From positions 5,146,001 to 5,210,000 of the forward strand of contig JBHGNT010000004.1 in assembly GCA_043228905.1 (NCBI GenBank): a stretch of 64,000 nucleotides of DNA, read 5' to 3'. Shown piece after piece: positions 27,018 to 37,127 of this stretch (positions are counted from its first letter, which is position 1; the number at the start of each line of letters is the position of its first letter). This DNA is from Azolla caroliniana (lineage: Eukaryota; Plantae; Polypodiophyta). A program made the position numbers and the translations under genes. The notes under the pieces were generated by a model. It saw only the letters and a program-made list of their open reading frames with translations. It was not told the origin of the DNA and searched no databases.

Positions 27018-27769
27018 TGTCGTAGTGTACTTTGTACACTATGTAAAATATGTGTGGAGTACCCGATTGACTAAGTATAAAGAAATAGGAGAAAATACTA
27101 AAATAATTATGTTACATGCATAGGGCAAGATTTGAACCCTATACCTCCATGTTAACAATTTCAAGCCTTACCATTGTATTAGCACATTATAAGTGTTAAA
27201 GTTATACTAAACTTTATCACATGTAATATTCTAGATAAGCATGATAGAAAAAAGTTATTCATGCATACACACTCGAGTTAAATGAAAAAGTGTGATAGAA
27301 AAGCTAATCATGCACATGTAGTGTGCATGAACACTTGAGTAAAAGGAAAAGCATGATGAGAAAAGTTATTGATGGACATATAGTGTGCATGTACACTAGA
27401 GTTAGAAAAGGCATTATGCTTGCATGTGGTAAACTTAGACTCTCCCATCACTATATAAGGATGGGGGAAAAAATTGTGAAGGGTTGTAACTTGTTGATTT
27501 GGGGTTCTAAATATTGATCTAATTGATTATATTCGTGTGATTCACGATTTTCAATCTATATTTTCTAGTCTATTCTAATTTACTATTAGGATTCTAAGGG
27601 TTGATTAATCTAATACAATACATATGTGGGATTCACGAGGTTTCTATATTTCTTTCTTTCAATATATTCATATTGCTATCTTCCTTAACATTCTTCTCCT
27701 CCTAGTGCAAAACCCCAACGATTCCCACCACCTGACTCACGCAACGATCCGGCGCCGAAAGGCACGACA
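27018..27769 (+). repeat. 3' LTR of the decayed gypsy
   Basis: Follows the PPT, inverted termini TGTCGT/ACGACA, TATATAA at about 27452. Confidence 0.8.
27121..27183 (-). promoter_or_regulatory. tRNA-like A-box/B-box cassette in the gypsy LTR
   Basis: On -: TAATACAATGG and GGTTCAAATC starts are 43 nt apart. Confidence 0.5.
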
Positions 27770-29750
27770 CCGTATCACCTTTGTTATGAAGATTTGAAAG
27801 ATGTGACAATCCTTCCATAGGTGTGCTTGTTGGATAACAACTTGCCATATGAAACCTTTCCAATATTTGTGAAATGTATTCTCGTTGGGAGAAGTGAATA
27901 ACTCTTTTATCTTGAGTGTATAAAATGTCAATCCCTAAGCAAAAGGAGATAAAACCCATATCTTCCATGTCAAACTCTGCATTCACGATGTCTTTCAAAT
28001 ATTCGGTGGCTGAAAATGTGTTGGCCATGATGATTATATCATCAACATACGCCACAACAATAATATGCTTTTCATTGTTACAAAGAACATAGATGCATTG
28101 ATCCCATTTGCAACATGTGAAATTATTTCGTAGAAAGAAATTATGGAGGTGGATATACCAACATCTTCCTATTTCCCTGAAGCCGTAAAGTGACTTCTTA
28201 AGTCAACATGTTTGTGTTGGTTCCTCCTTGTTCATCTAATTTGGTAATGTCATATATATTTCTTCGTTTAATTCTCCATTAAGGAAACTTGTTTTTACAT
28301 CCATTTGATGGATTTCCCAACCTTGTGCACATGCCTTTATTAATTTGACCCGAATGGAAGTGATGAGGGTCGTTGGTGCATAAGTTTCAGTGAAATCAAT
28401 GCCAGTAATTTGTTTGAAGCCTTGCACCACTAATCGAGCCTTGTATTTGATAGGAGTCTCATTTGATCCTCTCTTGATTTTGAACACCCACTTGTAATCT
28501 ATGGTTTGTTGCCTTTCACTTTCTTTTATAAGTTCCCATGTACCATTCTTTTGATGTGCTTCAAGCTCCAAATGTATTGTCTCTTCCCACTTTGCTTTAT
28601 CTGGTGAAAGTAAAGCTTCTTTTAAATTGGATGGTTCGAACATTTCAGATTCTACACTTACATTGCACTCAAATGAAGGATATCTAAGGATAGAAGATGG
28701 TCTTCTAATTCTTTGACCTTGCCTCAAACAGGATGATGCAATTTCCATTTCACTTGGTGATGTTCCTTCTCTTATTGTGGTTTCGTCACATGGTTCTTCA
28801 CCACAAAATGTATCTTCATTTTCCTGCAAAATGCTATCAATGATCATGTGTGAACCTTTAACACTAGATTTGTTACCTTCTTCTTGCATTTTGAAAGGGA
28901 AATGATCTTCATTGAACAACACGTTGCGAGTGACAAACACTCGTGTTTGCTCTTCACTCCAAATTCTATACCCATAGCCTGGATCCTCATATTTGAGCAT
29001 AATTCCTTGCTTGGCAATTGGATCCAACTTATGACAAAGTGGACGAGGTACATGGAAGTACGCCTTGCAACCAAAAGGATGAAAATGAGTTATACTAACA
29101 CTTTTTTGCTGCCAAGTTTCCTCTGGGCATCCTCCCCGTATGGTCTTTGTTGGGAGTCGATTTAGTATATATGTTGCACATTTGGATGCTTCTCCCCAAA
29201 CTTCTAGTGATAATTTACTATCTATCAACATACATCTTACCATATCCGTGATAGTCTTATCCTTTCTTTCAGCTACACCATTTAGTTGAGGAGTGTAGCT
29301 AGGGGTAAATTCTTGTGCGATGCCATATGATTAGAACAAAAGGACCCAAAAATATGTGACTTGAATTCTCCACCCCTGCCTGATCTTACTTTGAATCGAG
29401 ATCTCAAGTTCAGACTCTATGAGTGCCTTAAATCTTCGAAAATACTCAAAAGTGCCATCTTTACATGAAAGTGGATATGCAAAGAAATTTCATGTATAAT
29501 CATCGGTGATAACATATAAATATCTTGCTCCTCCTATCGTTGGCACATGCATTGGTCCACAAAGATCCATATGGACTAATTCAAGAGGTTTACTAGCTAA
29601 AATTCCCCTTTTTGTATTAAATGGTTGTCGAGTAAACTTGCCAAGTTGACAACTCTCACATAAGTATTGTTGACTTACTTGGAGAACTTCTTTATTTGAG
29701 ATATTAATGTCACTAATTTGCTAAGTTTGTCAAATTTGGCATGGTCGTAC
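27770..29750 (-). mobile_element. Decayed Ty1/copia integrase-RT fragment
   Basis: YKARLVVQGFKQ, HQMDVKTSFLNG, AYVDD and integrase remnants, with frameshifts. Confidence 0.88.
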
Positions 29751-31199
29751 CTTTTATGCCATTTTAAGGCTTTCTTTCCAAAATTGGCATGGCCGAGCAT
29801 TTGTCAGGCTTTGCCCTTTCATCTGCATAAGCCCCCCTTTTATACCTTTATGGAGCTTGGACGAAAAGGGAAAGGGAGAAACAAAAGGTAGTTGAGGGCG
29901 ATGATTCAAGGAGAGGAGGAGATTTAGAATCTGCGGTAGCACACTTTTAATCCTGGGATGTAAGCATCATTCACGACAAAAAACCTTGGTGCTTCATTCC
30001 CAAGCGTGAAATATGGCCCATGTGTACATGAGTAGCTTCAATTTCCTATTTTATGCCAAAAAATCAAGTATTTGACATAATATAATTACATATATGGAAA
30101 AAATAAAAACATAATAAATTATAAGGTACATATCTTTTGTTATGGGGATTGCACTTTTAAATGCAATTCTTTTTGTGTCCATTGCACCTCGTCCAATGAT
30201 GGTGGCCTCGTAACAATTTTTCAATCCTCTTATTATCAATGAGAACTTAAGGTGGATTGTTACTAATATAATTCATCTTATATTCAATAGATATTTAGAC
30301 ACATTGACTCGAACATTGTCTTCATGTGGGCTTATAAGTGAGAGCTTATGGTCGCATGTAGACATATGGACAACATATATTGAAATATAAAGGCAAACAA
30401 ACGAAATAGATATCCACGATTGTGAGTGCAAACAAATGTCTTGTAATAATGAAAATATATGAGCCATCATGTGTAGATCAGTACAATATTGTAACTCACT
30501 CCAAGCTTGTAGGGATTTCTAGATGGCTTCACACATGAATCCATGTGATCCACATATTATACCTCTTTCGCCAAACAAATATTGAAGAGGTTGCAAAATG
30601 GAATGCAAATTAACCTACTTGGTCCATTGTAGCGACGACAAAAATAGAATGTAGTGGGTTCCAAATTATATATAACTTTTTACAGCTCTTAAGCGTACTA
30701 CATGAAATGTCTAGGATTGTGACTTCAAATACATTAACTTATCCCTCAACTTGGTAGTCATCCATTCAATCAATTGGACCTTCATAACAATAATTCCCAA
30801 CAGATAGCCCAACTGTCAAAAGTAAAGCCTTTTCCAACCATTGATCCTTATCGTTCTATACATTCAAAATCCCACTTAGTACTTGATATGATGCAAAGCT
30901 TCCTCTAGTTGGTATTTGATCCAAATACCAAGGCAAATTGGGCATATAAGTGCATCTCCTTCTCAAGATTCTTAGGTGAGGCTTGTAGAAACTATTTGTA
31001 AAGACCTTTGTTAATTATAGCTTATACAAACCTCAAACAAAGCAATAGGTTGTAATTAATGAAATGCCTCGAGTAACAATCCCATGTTTGTGTCTAATAA
31101 TTAATTTGATGAAACCCACCTTCTAAGCTTGAAGTTACAACTAGAATTCCATCAACATTGGAACATCAAAGTTAGGCACCCCTTTAAAATGATAGAATG

Positions 31200-32089
31200 C
31201 CGAAGATGAAGTGAAGGAACAAAGAGTGTGAAGGAACTTGAGACCGGCGAAGGATGCAGAAAACAGAGAAAACGCAGGTCGCGGGCGGTGCGAACAGTGT
31301 AACCACAATGGCTATTGCTCCTAGCATGAGCAGGCGATCGACTGCGGGTCAACCCCATATTTCTTCTGCGGCTGGACCCTATACGCGAGCAGGGGAGTCC
31401 GGTGCACCCCCCCAACTTTCGCCTCATCTGTGTGATGAGTCAGTCGACCTTGTATTGTCAAAGGAGGACAAAGTTATAGTTTTGGGTGAGGTAAATAGGT
31501 TGGAAGCTTACTCTTTGGTAGTGCAGGTACAGGGTTCACGAATGAATAGAACGAAACTCCGTCATACTTTGTACGCTGCTTTCTTGGAGGAAGCTGATAA
31601 CATTCTCGACATTCAATTCATGTCTAGAGGATGTTATCATGTGGAATTTGCGATTGAGGAATCCGTCAACAAGCTATTAGTGATTAAGGAGGCAGGAGTG
31701 GAAGGCGCATGGGTATCCTTTCATAAATGGTCTCATAATGTTAAAGTAGATGACATATTGCAGGATCAAGAGGCTAGTATGGTTTTTACGACGATTTTTC
31801 CTGGTTTGAGTGGAGGAATGTATTGCCTCGCATCGGGGCTTTGTTAGGTAAAGTCATTGCCACACGTGATGGACAAGCTCATGGGACAGATAGAATGGGA
31901 GGGGTACCAGCTGTCCGGTTGATCGCACCAAGATCCGTTCGTTTGTCGGCAACTATATCTTTACCTAATTTACTTTTAAATAAACCACATGTTGTGCAAA
32001 AGGTATATTATAAAGGACTATCTGATCAATGTTTTGTGTGCCAACAATTTGGTCATTTAGGTCGAGATTGTCAGAAGAGACGTACGTAC
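31200..32089 (+). mobile_element. LINE (host of the nest), part 1: ORF1 N-terminal
   Basis: ORF1-like pieces 31254-31847 and 31823-32089 with CFVCQQFGHLGRDC knuckle. Continues at 44835 after TSD CGTAC. Confidence 0.8.
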
Positions 32090-32150
32090 TGTTGGGATTT
32101 CGGTCCCTCCGGATGGGATGTCCGGAGATGAATGACGGCAAGCCCGGTTG

Positions 32151-32340
32151 CGGTTACGGAGCCGGATGACGAAGACCCTGGCTACGGAGCCGGATGATGA
32201 AGACCCTGGCTACGGAGCCGGATGATGAATACCCCGGCCACGGAGCCGGATGATGAAGACCCCGGCTACGGAGCCAGATGATGAATACCCCGGCTACGGA
32301 GCCGGATGCTGAAGACCCCGGTTACGGAGCCGGATGACGA
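32151..32340 (+). repeat. 28-bp tandem array (7 units) in copia-1 U3, repeated at 44163-44352
   Basis: Unit GAAGACCCCGGCTACGGAGCCGGATGAT with period 28. Confidence 0.92.
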
Positions 32341-32523
32341 ATGTACCCGGAGGGAGATCCGGATGCGGGGACATATTTGTGAATATGTTTGCCAAGAGCC
32401 CTTGAGGCTATATTTGTAAATAGCCCGAAAGTCATATGTGTATAAATATGACTTAGGGCAAACAGTTTAGGTTGTTGCTCATTTTCTGTTTTCCACTTAG
32501 AGGGAGCGAAGTGAGAGCAGCCG

Positions 32524-32555
<32 letters not shown>

Positions 32556-33629
32556 GAAGAGGTCGACGCCTCTGTGTAATACCGCCGCCTGTAGCGAGGA
32601 CAGCGAGCTCAAGGTCGTCGCCTTGCAGCTCGCCATTGTATATTCCAGTGTATAGTGATAGTTGGAGTCGTGCACTCCCGTGGTTTTTCCCGTTTAGGGT
32701 TTTCCACGTTATACCCTGTGTATTCGTCTCTCTGTGTCTTTGTTTTTTTTTTCTGCTGCATTGATCCGTCTTGTCTCGGCTGTGGCCGAGAGGCGAAAGA
32801 TTTGATAGCGTCAAATCCCTACAAACTGGTATCAGAGCACGGTGTCGGGGTTACTACGCCCTTGCGTGTAGAAAGGAGGAGGGACCACGGGGGTCTCGAA
32901 CCGAAGAGCAAGAGAGAGAGGAGTAAGAGAGAGAGACCCGAATACACAGAACCGAAGATCCGATTGCGCAGAACCGACGATTGCACAGGGACACGGCCCA
33001 ACAAACAGAGATCACAAATGAACGCCGACGCAGATGGACGCAACAACGAGAGATATGTACTTATGAATGCAAGAAAATAACAGACTAAAGTATTACAACC
33101 CACGGTGGGGCACAAAATAGATACTAACGAAAACGAACAGGGCGGCGAACAGCTGCCGACCCCTGTATGTCGCGACGCACAGAAAGGGAAAACAGGTCGG
33201 AGGTGCTGCAGGACGCACTCGGGCGTTCCACGGAACAGCGCAAGCCTCCTCGAAACCTGCACAGGTACGCGATGGAGCAGAAGACAGAGAGAGCAGGAGT
33301 GAGAGAGAAGCTCCGAAATCGGTTCGGCAGCACTTCGTCCTCTCCGCGGGAGATGCCGACTTCTATTCTTCCTCTTCCTTTTATAGCCCGTCAAGAGGCC
33401 GTTTGGCATTAACTGCATACCAACCGAATCTACCCACCTAGGATCCTCGTATGTACCTACTTCGTCCTTAGGTACTTCTTGGCGCGCGTGTGTGTGTAGA
33501 GCCGTTTCCCGCGCCTTGTTCCTCCGATTCCTGTTGTGGGCGGTTTTCTTCACGACATCCGCCCCCACCTAACCGCGCATCCACCGGCATGCGCCAAATT
33601 AAGTTGGCACGGAGAAAACCGGCCCGCCT

Positions 33630-36600
33630 CTACTCTTCGCTTGCCGGCCCTTCCTCGGCCTCGGATCGGTCGTCGCTGCTGTCCAGGAGAATCGGGTCGG
33701 GTTCGTCGTCGTGCCGCTTCTTGAAAGCTTTGATCCTCTTCCCGGCCACGGGTATCGCTATTCTCGTACCGTCGAGCTCCGCCAGATGATACGTCCCGTT
33801 GTCGTTGGCGCTCTGTACCGTGTACGGCCCGAACCATCTCCGTGCGAACTTCCGCGTTGCTCGGTGCTGGTTGTCGAGGCTGCTGTCGTAGACGAGCACC
33901 CAGTCACCTTCGTCGATTTTCTTCGGTCGTAGCCGGTGCGTTCGGTCGAACCGGGCTTTGTTCTTTGTCCTCGCCACCCGGAGCTTCTCCGTAGCCAGTG
34001 CCACGTCCTCCGGTCTCCGCTCGAGCTGTCGTATACGTGCGGCCAACAACTCCTCCCGGCTCATCTTGTCCCGCCAGTCGACCGTTGCCCACGAGGAGAT
34101 CGTCCGTTCAATCGGCATGATCGGCTTCTGGCCGAACATGAGCTCCGTCGGCATGTACCCGGTTACCGAACTGTGCGTGGTCCGGTCTGCCCACAAAGCA
34201 TAAGGTAGAAGTCGCGGCCAGTTACCGACTTGGCCTCCGCATGCCCGAACCAGCGCCTTAACGATCGGCCCGTGTCCGCGCTCCACCTTTCCATTCGCCT
34301 CCGGGTTGTACGCAGTGGTGAGCGAGAGTTTGACTCCCAGCCGATCGAGCAGCTCCGCGGCTTCCTCGGCGTCCAACTCCCCTCGGTCAGCCACGATCTT
34401 CCCGACGCACCCGTACCGGCATATCACGTCCTCGATCAGGAACCGACACACGGCCGCGGTCGTCTTGTTCTGAAGGGCTCGGCCTTCCACCTGGTTCGTC
34501 AGGTCTTCCCGCGCTAGGACCAGATACCGCATCTGTCCTACCCCCATCGGCATCGTCACCAGATCTACCATCCATTTGAAGTGGATAGTCGGAGGGTACG
34601 TAGGGTGAAGCCCGTCCCGGTGTCGGACTATCGAGTGCATCTGACAACTCTCGCAAGTTGACACGAACCGATGCACGTCCCGGTACAATCCCGGCCACCA
34701 GTACTTCCCCTTCAGCTTCTCAAACGTCGCCCACGTTCCACGGTGTCCAGCCCAAGGGCTGTCGTGGTAGGCCGCCAGTAGCTCCTCCTGTTCTTCCTTC
34801 ATCGCCACCACCCGGAGCGGGACGCCGTTCCTCTTCTTCGGGTGCTTCCACAAATGCCCATCTCGGAGAAGGAATCGATATGCTTTCTTCCGGATCCGGT
34901 TGGCCTCGTCCTTCGTCCATGACGCATCGGGCGTCATTGTCTTCAAAAACCCGCCGATCTGCAGCCACTCCCCGTCGTACTTGCTCGCGTCGAACTCGTT
35001 AAGCGCCGGAGTGCTCATCCCGTCGGTCGTTATGTATGCCGCCTCGAAGAAATCCACGCCGACTTCTTCGTCTTCCGAAACCATGCCGCCCTCGTCGTCG
35101 AACCTCGCCCTCGAAAGCATGTCGGCCATGGCGTTGTCTTTCCCGGAAATGTGTCGTATTTCCGGGTCCAGGGACTTGATGTACGCTATCCACCTGAGCA
35201 TCGCCAGGTCCGGAGTCGCGCATCCGGAAACCATACCGAGAATCGGCAGGCAATCCGTCTCGATGATCACTTCTGTCCCTATCAGGTAGTCTTTGTCGGC
35301 CTTAACCGCCGAAACAATACCCCAGAGTTCGCGTTTAACCTGGGCGTATCCTCGCTGCCGTTCACTGAGGACTTTCGCGCCGAATCGGATCGGAAACCGA
35401 TTGCCGTCCTCGTCTTCCTGGTTCACGACCCATCCGATCCCGGTCGGACTGGTATCCACCGTTATGAATACCGGGGTACCCTTCCCGTATACCGCCTTCC
35501 GGAGTGCCGGTGCCGCTGCAAGGGCCTCTTTCAGCTTCCGGACCGATTCCGCGTGCTCGTCTAGCCATTCGAACCTTCGCCCCTTTTTCAGCAACCCGTA
35601 CAGTGGCTCCGCGACGTGTGCGTAATGCGGGATCCATATATGGTAGAACGCGCATGCCCCCAGGAATCTCCGTACTTCCGTGACCGAGCTGCAGTCGGGC
35701 TTCATCGCGGAGATGGCTTCTACCTTTGCCGGAGACGGTTTCCGGCCATATGGTCCGCACAGGTGTCCGACCACCATGATTTCTGACTGCCCGAAGGCCG
35801 ACTTCTCCCCGGAGAAGGTGAGTCTCGCATCCTCTAGCCTTTGCAGCACCTTCTCGCAGTCGTCGATGTGCGTCGCCACGAATCGCCGGCATCCGTCCGG
35901 CCCGATCGTCTCGTCCTTTTCTTCCACCGGGCATCCCTTGATCGGGATGTCGTCCAGAAACGGCATGGTGATGTCCGGGATACAGTCCCTCAGAATCTTG
36001 TTCATCGCATTCACCATGTGGGCCACCGAGTTGGTCCCTCCTTGCGGCAGTGTACACATCCGAACTAGGCCGAGGGGAGTTCGCATCGTCGTAATGTCTC
36101 TGCTCTCCACGGCTAGCTGGAACTGGTCGTACCCTGAGTATAGATCCCCGACCGAGTAAATTGACCTTCCGGCGAAGGCCTCCGCGAACTCGTCTATGGT
36201 CGGTCCGATCCCTGCGTTCCGAATGGTCACTCGATTGACCGGCTGCAGGTCCTGGATGAAGCGCAACGAACCGTTTTTCTTCGGTACGGTAAACCATCGA
36301 TTCGAATATGGGGCGCTCGACGGCTCGAGAATTCCCATATCAACTTTCTGCCTCAGCAGCTCCATCAACTTCGGGATGTGAGCTCTCGGAACCGGGATTG
36401 GCTTGAGATTCCATGGTACATGCGGTACCGTGAATATCACCATCGGCTCCACGATCGTCGGGTCAACGCACCCGATTTCCTCCGGCGAGAATGCGAAGGC
36501 TTTCCCGTGCCTTCCGAGCATTCTCCGAAACCGGTCTTCCTCCGCCGGCAGTAGGAACCCGCCCCCACCTATTTTGAGCTCTCGGAGCGTCTCGTCGGTG

Positions 36601-37127
36601 AAGGTGTGCCCTATGCAGGCCGGATCTCGTAGACTAGGGTCCGATGCAACCCCTTTGATTCTCGACGCGCTGTCCTCCGGTAAGGGTGCCGCGACTGGCC
36701 TTACCTTCCGGTCCACCGTCTTGTACTTGGTGCTTACGTGGGCCGTCCGAACTGACTCGAGCCCTCGACCGAAGTCCGCGATGACTTCGTACATCTCCTC
36801 GGAACACACCGGTATCGTCCGGTCTTCGTTAAGGCCTTCTTCGACTACCTTTCCCAGCATTCCCAAGGTGTCGTCGAATGAGACCGCCTCCACGGCTCCG
36901 TTGATTTCCTCGTCCGGGCCGAGAACTCCGCACGCTCGAAGTCTCCCCTCCGCCTTTGTCTTCTCTCGGCCTCCGATGCCGACGATCGTACACGCTCCGC
37001 TGTCGGAGAACAAAAATTCCCTACCTATGGTACAAGGTTTCTTCGGTTTTATCGTACAGGTGTGGGGTTTTCCCGGGGTGTCCGGACTGTCGCGGCCCCA
37101 CGCCTTGACAGCCCTCTCTAAAAATCC
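33630..37127 (-). CDS. pol: Pol (RT-RNase H-integrase), probably expressed by -1 ribosomal frameshift
   Basis: Frame open from 37133 to 33630. LPQGGTNSV, FLDD, VDTSPTG, H-H-C-C integrase zinc finger, DLV..ADRGE..KVERG. No chromodomain. Confidence 0.92.
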   Translation of the reverse strand, partial: GFLERAVKAWGRDSPDTPGKPHTCTIKPKKPCTIGREFLFSDSGACTIVGIGGREKTKAEGRLRACGVLGPDEEINGAVEAVSFDDTLGMLGKVVEEGLNEDRTIPVCSEEMYEVIADFGRGLESVRTAHVSTKYKTVDRKVRPVAAPLPEDSASRIKGVASDPSLRDPACIGHTFTDETLRELKIGGGGFLLPAEEDRFRRMLGRHGKAFAFSPEEIGCVDPTIVEPMVIFTVPHVPWNLKPIPVPRAHIPKLMELLRQKVDMGILEPSSAPYSNRWFTVPKKNGSLRFIQDLQPVNRVTIRNAGIGPTIDEFAEAFAGRSIYSVGDLYSGYDQFQLAVESRDITTMRTPLGLVRMCTLPQGGTNSVAHMVNAMNKILRDCIPDITMPFLDDIPIKGCPVEEKDETIGPDGCRRFVATHIDDCEKVLQRLEDARLTFSGEKSAFGQSEIMVVGHLCGPYGRKPSPAKVEAISAMKPDCSSVTEVRRFLGACAFYHIWIPHYAHVAEPLYGLLKKGRRFEWLDEHAESVRKLKEALAAAPALRKAVYGKGTPVFITVDTSPTGIGWVVNQEDEDGNRFPIRFGAKVLSERQRGYAQVKRELWGIVSAVKADKDYLIGTEVIIETDCLPILGMVSGCATPDLAMLRWIAYIKSLDPEIRHISGKDNAMADMLSRARFDDEGGMVSEDEEVGVDFFEAAYITTDGMSTPALNEFDASKYDGEWLQIGGFLKTMTPDASWTKDEANRIRKKAYRFLLRDGHLWKHPKKRNGVPLRVVAMKEEQEELLAAYHDSPWAGHRGTWATFEKLKGKYWWPGLYRDVHRFVSTCESCQMHSIVRHRDGLHPTYPPTIHFKWMVDLVTMPMGVGQMRYLVLAREDLTNQVEGRALQNKTTAAVCRFLIEDVICRYGCVGKIVADRGELDAEEAAELLDRLGVKLSLTTAYNPEANGKVERGHGPIVKALVRACGGQVGNWPRLLPYALWADRTTHSSVTGYMPTELMFGQKPIMPIERTISSWATVDWRDKMSREELLAARIRQLERRPEDVALATEKLRVARTKNKARFDRTHRLRPKKIDEGDWVLVYDSSLDNQHRATRKFARRWFGPYTVQSANDNGTYHLAELDGTRIAIPVAGKRIKAFKKRHDDEPDPILLDSSDDRSEAEEGPASEE

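Larger units (their letters stand above)
21440..27769 (+). mobile_element. Decayed Ty3/gypsy (RT-RNase H-integrase + 3' LTR), related to the element at 32843-40002
   Basis: MCTLPQGATN, FLDD, VDTSPTGIG, LWADRTTHSSVTGY fragments with many stops. PPT AGAGGGGGTGAG 27006-27017. LTR TGTCGT...ACGACA 27018-27769. Confidence 0.88.

Noticed and set aside
29950-31150. Possible decayed DNA-transposon coding remnant
   Set aside because: No convincing motif or termini readable by eye.
32151-32340. 28-bp repeats resembling a CRISPR array
   Set aside because: Head-to-tail with no unique spacers, inside a copia LTR, and no cas genes.
32819-33568. Stop-free ~250-codon frame spanning the whole gypsy LTR (also 39279-40049)
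   Set aside because: It runs through the TATA box and CT-rich tracts, has no domain and lies in a GC-rich LTR. Its presence in both LTRs only reflects their identity.
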